Positions 1 to 8,628 of a DNA stretch of 37,995 nt are shown here, piece after piece. Positions within the stretch are counted from its first letter, which is position 1, and each line of letters opens with the position of its first letter. The notes beneath the pieces are model-generated. The model ran no database searches and was not told the origin of the DNA. It saw nothing but the letters and a program-made list of their open reading frames with translations. The DNA lies in IMG/VR virus record IMGVR_UViG_3300019459_000019, positions 1 through 37,995 of that record. One strand, 5' to 3'. This DNA is from a virus. Lineage: Duplodnaviria; Caudoviricetes. Position numbers and translations under genes: made by a program.

Positions 1-79
1 CCTGTTCATCCTTTTGTACGCGAGACATATTACGCATATGTGATGCAGATTCAACTGCAATAGTTTGGGCTTCCGACAT
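1..79 (-). CDS. N-terminus (truncated by window edge) of a probable capsid scaffold/assembly protein
   Basis: ATG at 79 preceded by AAGGAG; reads MSEAQTIAVESASHMRNMSRVQKDEQ. Function inferred only from position downstream of the portal. Confidence 0.55.
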   Translation of the reverse strand, partial: MSEAQTIAVESASHMRNMSRVQKDEQ

Positions 80-148
80 TTCTTACTCCTTTATGTTGGG
101 GCCAGCCTAAGCTGGGTAGCCTTCTAGTTATTTATTGTCGTTTATTTA

Positions 149-3067
149 TTACTTCTTTTTGTTCTTCTTCATTAAGCCACCTTTGTTAAGCATACCATAT
201 GAAGACTCTAATTCAGATTTTGTTTTTTGTGATGTAGCCTTTGCTTTTGCAGAAGAACCACTGTAACTAGGTTTACTTTGCTCTTTAGCTTCTTTTGCAG
301 CTTTTTCATTTTGTTTCTGCTTAGATCTAGTGCTCATTCTTTCTGCAAGACTTGGGCCATCATCTCTACTACTAGAGGGTTTAGGTGCAGGTTTAGTAAT
401 ATCATCTTTAGTAACAGCGCCTACATGATTACCTAAATTTGTATTAGACTTTGTACCTGTACCACCTGTACGTCTAGCTCCCGACCAGCTATCTGACTGA
501 GATGGTCCTTGAATACCAGATCCACCTACGTCAAAACCAAGCAAGTCGCCCAACCAAGTATCACCAAAGTCTATTTTACCATTACCGTCTACATCTTGAA
601 GGATGCCGCCGCCGCCAAGTAGACCACCACCGCCTGTAATACCAGAACCTTTTTCTTTACCTCTAGTGGTAACGCCATCAAATAGTTTCTGTATCTTAGC
701 TCTATCTGCATCTGTTTTTGCAACTTTGTAACGATCAGCTAACTCTCTAGCTACAGCAAATCCTGTAACTCTTTTACCTATTGAAGCAATAAGACCTACA
801 GGCCCAGCAAATGCACCTATACCACTGATTGCTTTATTTACTTTAGGATCACCTAATTTTTCTGCCAAACCAAATAGGTCTTCATTTGAGTAGTCTTTAA
901 AAGTATTTTGAGCAGCCTTTACTTTCTCTTCTTCATTTCTAAATGAGTTACTTTCATTAGAAGGGCTTACTGATGAAGACTCGCCAGTATCAGGCTGCTC
1001 TACTGTAACCTCTGGGGCAGGATTGTAATTTTCTGATGTAACATATCCTTGATCAATTAGTAGCTTTGCTGCAGAATCAGGTTGCCCATTAACAAAACGC
1101 AATGTAGCCACAGTACCTGTAGTAGGGTCACGGTATTCTCTATACTCAATATTATCAGCCATAAAGTTTGTTTCAAATATAGCGGATACATCAGGTATAA
1201 CAGGCTGTTGAGGCATTACAGGTGTAGTTACGTCTCCACCCTCATTGTAACCTTTTAAGTATCCACCATCCTTCATATTGACCATAGGCTGATCTTCTGC
1301 GACTGTCTGTAGCTCAGAGATGTCAAACGGGAAGTCTTCATCCTCTGGCTCAACCATTTCCATACCCTCTGGTGGTAATGGCTCTCCACCGATACGACCA
1401 TTGGCTTCCATCTCAGCAAAGCCTTCTTTGGCTTGTGTACGTAGGTCTTCAAAGAATTTAACACCATAAAAGCGTACAACGTCAGCAGGTACAACATACT
1501 CGCCTTCACTTAGCTGTGCAGGAATATCATCACGTACCTCTTCGGGTAGTGAACCTGTAGGCACTTCATTACCTGATACAGGATCTACATCTTCTACTGA
1601 GCCGCCCAGCGCAAAGGCCATTCTAGTTTGTTCATCCATAGCCATTCCACCTTCGTTAAAATTTGCTTTAACGCCTGTGACTTTATTCTCAAACTGAAAT
1701 TGAGGATCATCAGGCGTTGTCTTTTTTGCTTTTTTAGCAAATACTAATGGGCCTACTTGCATTACCTGCTCAGCAGAAACAACAGGCATACCATCAGCTT
1801 TATCATAGAAGTAAGAAGCTCTATAAGGATTCATACCTACCTGTACCCACTCAGGATCATCAAATAGATTCTCTACTGTCTTATAGACCTCTTCTGGATC
1901 CATATTCTGCCACTCACCTTGCATTCTAGCAATAGTAGTTTTTGCTGAACCTGTGGCAATCTTTGAAGCTGCTAATGGATTAGTGGTGAAGTTTACATTA
2001 TTAAGAACAGCAGACTGTCCATAACCTACGGTTTTACCATCTTTTACAGAACCATCATGTAAGGATACAACCCAAGTATCAGAGTTATTATAAGCAGGTA
2101 TATCTAATCTAGAAGAAATAAGTGTACCATCTTCAATAGATTTATTTACGCCTAAAACACCCTTCTTTGTTTTCCTTGGATCTGTAGCGTGTAAAGCCTT
2201 TACAACCTCTTCTTTTGTTGGAAACTTTGGCATCTCCGTAATGGGTTTAATAGGTTGTCTCTCATCTGATAGTTTTCTAAACTCTTCTGATGTTATTTTA
2301 CCCTCACGAAGATTAGTAGCTGCAGCAGCCATTTCATCGTCTGGTGGTATTCTAAACTTATCTTTTGCGTAGTTTGCTGCTTTCCAATCAGCTAGGTCTT
2401 TTTCGGAAAAACCTAAATCATCTACAGCGTCAGAGGTAGCATCTAAAGTAAGAGGTCTGGGTTTTGAGGGTACATCTCCCGTACCCTTATATATAGTACC
2501 GTCTGGCATTTGTATATCTAGACTACTAGGATCTGCTTTAGGGCCAATTCTATAAGGAAGTTTAATATCTAAGGTAGCAAGGTTTTTCCTTAAATCAGCA
2601 TTGCTTACAGTACCCTTTGCCCATTCATCAATCATATCTTCCATTTTAAGAGTAAGATCATAGTCATACTCTACATCAAATGGGTCTTTAGGTTTTAACC
2701 TAATATTACCGCCCATACTACCTAACGCATTGGGATCAACCTCAATACGCTTTACAGTCTCTGCAGCCTTTTTAGCACCAGCCCTTATCGCATTAGCTGC
2801 AGCATCACCCAATCCCGGAACAAGCCCTACAAGAGCAGCCCCGCCTAGTGCACCCGCGAGAAAGTAATTAGGATCTTCTTTGTTTAATTCATCATATACT
2901 TCTTTAGCTGCCATAGCATCACCAATGATAGGTGTAGCTGATGCAACAAAAGTAGCTGCGTCTTTAAAGGATAAGTCAGTATTGACTTGTGGGGCATCTT
3001 CAACGGCTTTAGCAGACTCTGCTGCAAAACCTAATGCCTCATCAGTCTGCTTACTTAGTAAATCCAT
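149..3067 (-). CDS. Large modular late/virion-associated protein (972 aa)
   Basis: Long ORF in the portal operon. Hydrophobic Gly/Ala N-terminal segment, central DPVSGNEVP...LSEGEYVVPADVVRFYG block, five [FYML]xxGG motifs, basic C-terminus. Confidence 0.85.
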   Translation of the reverse strand: MDLLSKQTDEALGFAAESAKAVEDAPQVNTDLSFKDAATFVASATPIIGDAMAAKEVYDELNKEDPNYFLAGALGGAALVGLVPGLGDAAANAIRAGAKKAAETVKRIEVDPNALGSMGGNIRLKPKDPFDVEYDYDLTLKMEDMIDEWAKGTVSNADLRKNLATLDIKLPYRIGPKADPSSLDIQMPDGTIYKGTGDVPSKPRPLTLDATSDAVDDLGFSEKDLADWKAANYAKDKFRIPPDDEMAAAATNLREGKITSEEFRKLSDERQPIKPITEMPKFPTKEEVVKALHATDPRKTKKGVLGVNKSIEDGTLISSRLDIPAYNNSDTWVVSLHDGSVKDGKTVGYGQSAVLNNVNFTTNPLAASKIATGSAKTTIARMQGEWQNMDPEEVYKTVENLFDDPEWVQVGMNPYRASYFYDKADGMPVVSAEQVMQVGPLVFAKKAKKTTPDDPQFQFENKVTGVKANFNEGGMAMDEQTRMAFALGGSVEDVDPVSGNEVPTGSLPEEVRDDIPAQLSEGEYVVPADVVRFYGVKFFEDLRTQAKEGFAEMEANGRIGGEPLPPEGMEMVEPEDEDFPFDISELQTVAEDQPMVNMKDGGYLKGYNEGGDVTTPVMPQQPVIPDVSAIFETNFMADNIEYREYRDPTTGTVATLRFVNGQPDSAAKLLIDQGYVTSENYNPAPEVTVEQPDTGESSSVSPSNESNSFRNEEEKVKAAQNTFKDYSNEDLFGLAEKLGDPKVNKAISGIGAFAGPVGLIASIGKRVTGFAVARELADRYKVAKTDADRAKIQKLFDGVTTRGKEKGSGITGGGGLLGGGGILQDVDGNGKIDFGDTWLGDLLGFDVGGSGIQGPSQSDSWSGARRTGGTGTKSNTNLGNHVGAVTKDDITKPAPKPSSSRDDGPSLAERMSTRSKQKQNEKAAKEAKEQSKPSYSGSSAKAKATSQKTKSELESSYGMLNKGGLMKKNKKK

Positions 3068-3248
3068 TGACTGTCTCCCTGAGTAGCTTTAATCGTCTGA
3101 GTACACCAATAGCACCCTGTGCTCTGTATACTTCCACAGGTGTATCTGCATTTTCGATGATTCTATGCTGTATAGTGACTAGATCATCAATGTGTGCATA
3201 AAACTCTTCGATAGCTTGCTTGTTATTTACAAACTGTTTAAGCGACAT
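3051..3248 (-). CDS. Small hypothetical protein following the portal
   Basis: MSLKQFVNNK...YRAQGAIGVLRRLKLLRE. ATG at 3248 overlaps the portal 3' end, so it is preferred over the track start at 3269. Confidence 0.75.
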   Translation of the reverse strand: MSLKQFVNNKQAIEEFYAHIDDLVTIQHRIIENADTPVEVYRAQGAIGVLRRLKLLRETVNGFTK

Positions 3249-5367
3249 TGCCAGTAAACCCTTGCTCATCTGGTGTTGGGGCTGTACCTATACCCATCTG
3301 CGAACCACCGCCACCAGACGTATCAGCTACGCCCTGTGGGCCTTGTCCTTGAGGTGGAGCACCCTCTGGTGCTGCAACACCTTCTGGCCCTGCAGGGGGC
3401 TGTGAGGGCTGCTGAAAGCCCTTCAAGATCTCAGCTTGAATAGCCGCATCCTGCATGGAGTTAGTAACCTTGTCTGGGTCAAGATCCATAGACTTAGCAA
3501 TCTCACGAATAATGTAGTCCATCTTAGCAAAAGGTGCTAATACTGGATTCTGTGCTACTTGTAAGAATTGCATCAAACGCTGTGACCGTACTTCGTTAGC
3601 CATCAAGCTTTCTGTACCAGACGCACGTACCTCTAAGTCACCCTTGATTGTTTCATCAAAATCAAACTGCATGTTAAATGCAAAGAATGCCTTACCTAGA
3701 GGGCGAATCAAATAGTCATCTACGTTCTTTACTACTGTACGGATAGAGCCGTTGGCAGCAGACATAAGCATACTAATACCAGAAGCGGTACGACCGACCC
3801 CAGAGACGCCTGTTTGACCATGTGCAAAAGATGGAAATCCCGTTGACTCATCTGCTAAAACCCTTGCCTTATCAAACAGTTGCATGTTTTCTTGGGCTAC
3901 ATTGGGAAACTTAGTACCAAAAATACTTTGCCCCATTGCACCGCCTTGACGCCTAAACACTTTTCCGGGGTATACAGATAAGTCTTGGCCCGGAACCATG
4001 TTGGTTTCGTCAACTTCAATAATTAAGTTACCACTTAGTGCAGCATTATCTATCGCCATACGCATGAACCCATTCATAAGTGTCTGAGTATCATCCATAT
4101 TTTCTGCAATACCTACACCAAAGAAGCTGTACGGGTTATGCTCATATGGGGTAGCATAGTAAGGTATACGTGATGGCTTGAACGGGTTTAGTACCATACG
4201 CAGTACTTCACCATTACAGATCCATACATTAGCACTTACTTCATCTAAATCTTTCATAGAGGTAGGTATCTTAATACCGTGCTCTTCTAAGATAGCTGTA
4301 TCTACGAAACCCCAAAACTCTAGTACTTCCCAACGCTCAGACTCAGCATGAACCTGATTGTCTTCCATAGTCATTTCCCAGTGCTTCTGCACATAGTCTG
4401 GGCCTTTGGCTACTGCCATATCAATAGCATCATCCATAAAGTATGGGCGTGTCTTGAGGGAGCGTAGCTGTGTACGTGACATCTTGTGACGTTCAATAGT
4501 GTACTCAGCATCATCCATAGATGTAGCTTCTGGGTCAGGGTAGAAATTCCAAACACTTACATGATTACACTCAGGTACAGTCTTTATAAGTGGGTCATAC
4601 TCACCTTGGTCATCCCAATTAGGGTACTCTTTATCTACAGCAAATGGGCCTTTCATAACACCCATACCAAGCAAAGCCATCTCAAATGCCATAGAGCGTA
4701 AATGTAAAGAAGCACCAGACTCATTTAGCTGGTCATGGATCTTCTTTTCCATTCGTTTAGCTGCAACCATAGCAGGGTGAAATGTAACGGTGGTAGGCGT
4801 TGTGCCATCACCTTCGACAACCTTTTCTGATACGGATGCTAACTTGTCGCTGAGTGGCCCTAAACGCTGCTTTAGATCTGTAAGCGTTTCTCCGGGTTTT
4901 AGCTTCTCAGTACCATCAAGTAAGTAGGGCCGTGAAGGCTTGTCTTGTGTTACACTTTTAAGTGCTTCACCTGCTGCTGCGGCATTAGGGTCAATGTTGA
5001 TATGTACTGATTCAGCAACACCATCTGGTAAAATAGATGGGTCTACTGACATAGGAAACTTATTGTTACCAAACAATACGTCAACAATTTGCCCATATGC
5101 AGCTAAGGTCTTAGTCTTCGTAACTTTAACAAATACACGAGACTTTTCTGTGTCTGTAAACTTTACGTCAGGCCCGTACAAACCACGGTAGTTGCGGTAA
5201 GCACGTAGCCATCTATCTTCATCACTTCTACGAGCATCTTCTGCTCTGCTAAAACGCTCATCAACAAAGGATACTATGCTAGATTTAGCTTCAAAGATGC
5301 TATCCTCTGCGTCCTCTGCAGCTACAACTTCATCTGTATCAAAAGTTACTTCGTCAATATCTGCCAT
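3238..5367 (-). CDS. Portal (head-tail connector) protein
   Basis: 709 aa directly after TerL. Portal-like segments (NFYPDP, YSFFGVGIAE, RTASGISMLM) and a Pro/Gly-rich tail. Confidence 0.9.
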   Translation of the reverse strand: MADIDEVTFDTDEVVAAEDAEDSIFEAKSSIVSFVDERFSRAEDARRSDEDRWLRAYRNYRGLYGPDVKFTDTEKSRVFVKVTKTKTLAAYGQIVDVLFGNNKFPMSVDPSILPDGVAESVHINIDPNAAAAGEALKSVTQDKPSRPYLLDGTEKLKPGETLTDLKQRLGPLSDKLASVSEKVVEGDGTTPTTVTFHPAMVAAKRMEKKIHDQLNESGASLHLRSMAFEMALLGMGVMKGPFAVDKEYPNWDDQGEYDPLIKTVPECNHVSVWNFYPDPEATSMDDAEYTIERHKMSRTQLRSLKTRPYFMDDAIDMAVAKGPDYVQKHWEMTMEDNQVHAESERWEVLEFWGFVDTAILEEHGIKIPTSMKDLDEVSANVWICNGEVLRMVLNPFKPSRIPYYATPYEHNPYSFFGVGIAENMDDTQTLMNGFMRMAIDNAALSGNLIIEVDETNMVPGQDLSVYPGKVFRRQGGAMGQSIFGTKFPNVAQENMQLFDKARVLADESTGFPSFAHGQTGVSGVGRTASGISMLMSAANGSIRTVVKNVDDYLIRPLGKAFFAFNMQFDFDETIKGDLEVRASGTESLMANEVRSQRLMQFLQVAQNPVLAPFAKMDYIIREIAKSMDLDPDKVTNSMQDAAIQAEILKGFQQPSQPPAGPEGVAAPEGAPPQGQGPQGVADTSGGGGSQMGIGTAPTPDEQGFTGNVA

Positions 5368-5370
5368 GTT

Positions 5371-6963
5371 TTAGTATCCAAATGTTGTGTCTTGTGCTTG
5401 AAAGCCCTGATTTGGTTTGTCAGGATTATAATCCCATATACTTCTACTACGGGGTCTTGTCATAACGCCATAGCGTAGGGCATCATATAGGTGGTCTTCT
5501 GCTTTAGTATCTACATCCTCTGGGTTCTTTTTATCTAGAGGTATAATAGGTATTTGTGCTAGAGTGTTTGTACAGTTACTCATAAAAGCAAGTCTGGGCT
5601 TCTCAGTAAACTCATCTACCTGTAGACGCCTATGTATTTCGTTCTTACCTGCTACACGAGAGCCTCTAGATCTATCAGAAGGACGCCAACGGCAACCCTT
5701 CATGTTCATCTGTTCAGCCAGTGATGGCCCAGTATCACCACGGTTATGCCATAAACTAGAATCCAGAACGCCATATCGCATACCACCATCATTAGCTTCC
5801 GCTTCCAATATCATATCAGCTAAATCAGAAGCTGTAACTTTAGAACAATAAAGCTCCCTGTAGACGATAAGCTGTTCGTCGGGAGCGACAGTAAACCATA
5901 AAACTCCTGTATAACTACCGTAGCCGTAGTCGCAAGCTCTAAACTTAACCCAGTTGTCTGGGATTTCAAAAGGGTCAATGACATGAATGGATCTGTTAAA
6001 CTCTGGGAAAGCTGCTCCTTCATTGACATCCCAATTACCCTCTAATAGTTGTTTTCTTTGGTGCTCTGGTAAAGACAAAAGCATAGCTTCGTAGTCACCA
6101 GTATCGGCTAGGTATGGGTTGTCAAACAGACTAGCAGGTATAAACCTACGCTTAAACAGAGGTTGACCCTCTTTGCTGTGACCTTTAGGGAACGTAATGG
6201 TATCCCCTGTTTCTATGTTAGTTGCCCAAAAAGCTTTATTAGCTGGTGCAGGGTCAATAAACATCTTTTTAACCCAACTATGACCGCTGCCACCAGGGTT
6301 AGTTGTAGCACGAATGTACAAACCTAAGTCTGTACTATGGGCAGACCTCAAGCGACTTCGCATATAATCAAACGCATAAGGGGTAGGCCACTGAGTTAGC
6401 TCATCAAAGCCTATCCAGTTAAACGCCTGACCTTGGTAACGAGTAACGTCCATATCTTTATCAAGATACGACATCCAGAGCCTACCACCTCTCGGAGTAA
6501 CCCACTGACTTTTACGCTCAGACCACTTAATGCCCGGAACAGCTTTAGGATAAAGCTCTTGACTTTTTTGAATAAGCTCACGTAATTCCTCCGTAGTATG
6601 TCGTACAAGTAACCCACTAAAGTTGGGATCATTTAATCCGTGTAGAGGATCAGCAAGCATTGCGTAACTCTTGCCACCACCTGCTGCACCACCGTACAAT
6701 ACCTCACGCTCAGATGCGCTTAAAAAGTCTGTTTGAGGGCCTGGATTAGGCTTGAACACTACATCCTGTGCCGCCTCAACGTCAAACTCTGCAGGAGCTA
6801 CCTGTGCAGGTACAGTTTCTTTCGGAGTTATAACTACATTATCACTCTTCTGAGTACGCTCCGATACAGCCTTTTTCGAGCCTCTCGATTTCGGATAACG
6901 CCGTTTCGAGCCGCTTGGCAAGGTTCCGTTTAATTGTAGCAGCTTTTTTACGTCTTCGCTCAA
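5371..6963 (-). CDS. terL: Terminase large subunit (true start uncertain: TTG 6963 or GTG 6759)
   Basis: Walker A YGGAAGGGKS, Walker B IGFDE, motif III TTNPG, nuclease acidic residues (CDYGYG, EDHLYDALRY). Confidence 0.95.
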   Translation of the reverse strand: MSEDVKKLLQLNGTLPSGSKRRYPKSRGSKKAVSERTQKSDNVVITPKETVPAQVAPAEFDVEAAQDVVFKPNPGPQTDFLSASEREVLYGGAAGGGKSYAMLADPLHGLNDPNFSGLLVRHTTEELRELIQKSQELYPKAVPGIKWSERKSQWVTPRGGRLWMSYLDKDMDVTRYQGQAFNWIGFDELTQWPTPYAFDYMRSRLRSAHSTDLGLYIRATTNPGGSGHSWVKKMFIDPAPANKAFWATNIETGDTITFPKGHSKEGQPLFKRRFIPASLFDNPYLADTGDYEAMLLSLPEHQRKQLLEGNWDVNEGAAFPEFNRSIHVIDPFEIPDNWVKFRACDYGYGSYTGVLWFTVAPDEQLIVYRELYCSKVTASDLADMILEAEANDGGMRYGVLDSSLWHNRGDTGPSLAEQMNMKGCRWRPSDRSRGSRVAGKNEIHRRLQVDEFTEKPRLAFMSNCTNTLAQIPIIPLDKKNPEDVDTKAEDHLYDALRYGVMTRPRSRSIWDYNPDKPNQGFQAQDTTFGY

Positions 6964-7258
6964 TATTTATTCTCTGTCTAAGACCTGCATGTGATATGCT
7001 GCGTCCAGTTTGTTTTGTGAGCCAATTAGCTACATCTCTGTAACTATACTGTTGAAGATGACGCTTTGCAAGCTCTAAGGCCTCTAACTCAAGTGGCACA
7101 GGCTGTAATAAGTCTTCATTGTCAGGGTGTATTTCATAACCAAATGGCGGCTTCTTAGATAGTCTGGCTATAACGTGCCACTCTTTCTCTTTGCCGCGTT
7201 TTGGTTTAGGTAGCTCCCAATACTCTAAGTCTCTGCTTATGTGCTTTGGTCTTACTAT
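6842..7258 (-). CDS. Putative DNA-binding protein with a PFGY/HTH (recombinase-domain-like) region; probable ATA start
   Basis: Frame is open from about 7261: ...WELPKP...PPFGYEIHPD...YSYRDVANWLTKQTGRSISHAGL. The first near-canonical start (GTG 7099) lies downstream of the PFGY segment. Confidence 0.65.
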   Translation of the reverse strand: MVRPKHISRDLEYWELPKPKRGKEKEWHVIARLSKKPPFGYEIHPDNEDLLQPVPLELEALELAKRHLQQYSYRDVANWLTKQTGRSISHAGLRQRINIERRRKKAATIKRNLAKRLETALSEIERLEKGCIGAYSEE

Positions 7259-7623
7259 TCGTTAGTACCTTCTTTTGGTGGAAGATAAAAGACGCCACCT
7301 GTTGAGGTAACATCAACTTTATCTACTTTACCAAGTCCAGCACGATCAAGCAAGTCTTTAGCAGCACTCATCTTATCTTTTATACCAAGCTCTGTAGGGT
7401 CAGACAAAGCCTGTACCATAGCCATTGCAGCTTTAGGCGCTGTACGGGCGAAATAAGATCTTGTAGCTTCTCCAATTTCATCTTTAAGTGCCTCCACTAT
7501 AATGCGAGTAGGTGTGCCGTTACTGTAACCTGCCAACTTCTTGGCAAGCACAACATCACCACCAGCATCATCGAAGAGTACTTCTAGAAACTTTTGTTGG
7601 TTTTCTGTGAGGTTTCTTGCCAT
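7255..7623 (-). CDS. Probable terminase small subunit
   Basis: LTENQQKF...AKKLAGYS N-terminal HTH and AAKDLLDRAG, typical of TerS. Lies upstream of TerL. Confidence 0.7.
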   Translation of the reverse strand: MARNLTENQQKFLEVLFDDAGGDVVLAKKLAGYSNGTPTRIIVEALKDEIGEATRSYFARTAPKAAMAMVQALSDPTELGIKDKMSAAKDLLDRAGLGKVDKVDVTSTGGVFYLPPKEGTNE

Positions 7624-7657
7624 ATGAAGTTGTCCTTTATAAATAGGCTTGCCTTAT

Positions 7658-7686
7658 AGTTTTATGAAGTTTTACTACAAAAGCAA
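7658..7686 (-). promoter_or_regulatory. Putative promoter TTGCTT-N16-TAAAACT upstream of terS
   Basis: Same geometry as three TTGACA-N16-TAyAACT sites elsewhere in the window. Confidence 0.5.
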
Positions 7687-7804
7687 GCTTTATTTTTATT
7701 TAAGCCCCTGTTAAGTCCAGAACCTGTCTGCCTATCTGTATCACCAGATGATACGTGAGTAAAAACTGTAAGGCTAAGAATAACAGGAATGCTGTTTCTT
7801 AACC

Positions 7805-7954
7805 TCACTTATACTCACCGTATACACGGTTGTATATCTCACCACGAGAAATACCTATATCGTGTAGCTCTTTATTAGACATATTCTTTAAAACCCAGTA
7901 GTCTGCTCTACGCTGCTGGTGATTTTGAATACGTGTCAATAAATTCTTAAACAT
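7805..7954 (-). CDS. DUF1127 (YjiS-like) small protein, 49 aa
   Basis: Read manually: MFKNLLTRIQNHQQRRADYWVLKNMSNKELHDIGISRGEIYNRVYGEYK. The L-x-x-M-S-x-x-E-L-x-D-I-G-I-S-R signature is present, with an AAGGAG RBS. Confidence 0.85.
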   Translation of the reverse strand: MFKNLLTRIQNHQQRRADYWVLKNMSNKELHDIGISRGEIYNRVYGEYK

Positions 7955-7957
7955 TGC

Positions 7958-7992
7958 ACTATCTCCTTATGTTACGTGCGGAGATAGTTATA
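7958..7992 (-). promoter_or_regulatory. RBS-occluding hairpin overlapping a TATAACT -10-like element
   Basis: Perfect 9-bp inverted repeat ACTATCTCC/GGAGATAGT (7958-7966, 7980-7988) covering the GGAG of the RBS. TATAACT at 7992-7986. Confidence 0.65.
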
Positions 7993-8035
7993 CTTATATG
8001 TTAGCGCTATAGTAGATACATAATGTGCATATCCG

Positions 8036-8395
8036 TTACCCTACAGGCACAAAGGTTTCTGTAACTGTTAATATCGTATCTATATGCCCAGCACCTGTAG
8101 GGGTAACTCTTATTTGATCGTTAGGTTGAAGTACTAAATCTATCTGATTAAAGCTTACATAGTCACCGCCACCTATAGATTTAGCACTTAAAAACTTAGA
8201 AACATAAGTATCTGCAGCTACGTACCAACCTACTTCTACTGTGTTAGTAGAGCCGCCTCCATTAACTATATGAATAAAGGTAATCTCAGCAGTACAATTT
8301 GCAGGACACGTATAAACATTCTCTGTAGTCGTACCTGTATTATGCCCATAAACAGACTTAATACGTGCTGGCTTACCTTGATTCACAAAAGACAT
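8036..8395 (-). CDS. Hypothetical beta-rich protein, possibly structural
   Basis: 119-aa ORF, start overlapping the upstream stop. Confidence 0.75.
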   Translation of the reverse strand: MSFVNQGKPARIKSVYGHNTGTTTENVYTCPANCTAEITFIHIVNGGGSTNTVEVGWYVAADTYVSKFLSAKSIGGGDYVSFNQIDLVLQPNDQIRVTPTGAGHIDTILTVTETFVPVG

Positions 8396-8628
8396 TAGGC
8401 CTCTTTCTTAGCTTTTGGCTTAATAGCCTTCTTTACTTTATTGAAGATACCTGATGCCTCTGCATCCTTACAGATCTGAGTAACGTTAGGGTCTTTACTC
8501 TGTACGTTACCAAAACGATCCTCACCTGCAGCTTGGTTGCCATTAGCATCCCATACCATGCCATCACCATCAATAGTGTAACCTGCAGCATTAAGCTGCT
8601 TCTTATACTTATCGTAATACTTAGCCAT
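8395..8628 (-). CDS. Hypothetical protein with Lys-rich tail
   Basis: 77 aa, TAATG-coupled to both neighbours. Confidence 0.75.
   Translation of the reverse strand: MAKYYDKYKKQLNAAGYTIDGDGMVWDANGNQAAGEDRFGNVQSKDPNVTQICKDAEASGIFNKVKKAIKPKAKKEA

Noticed and set aside
1273-6933. Short alternative-frame and antisense ORFs inside the 972-aa gene, portal and terL
   Set aside because: Fully nested in well-supported genes, with no motifs.
7662-7808. 48-codon GTG ORF after the DUF1127 gene (MRLRNSIPVILSLTVF...)
   Set aside because: It has a GTGA overlap but a weak RBS and runs through the predicted terS promoter; not enough support.
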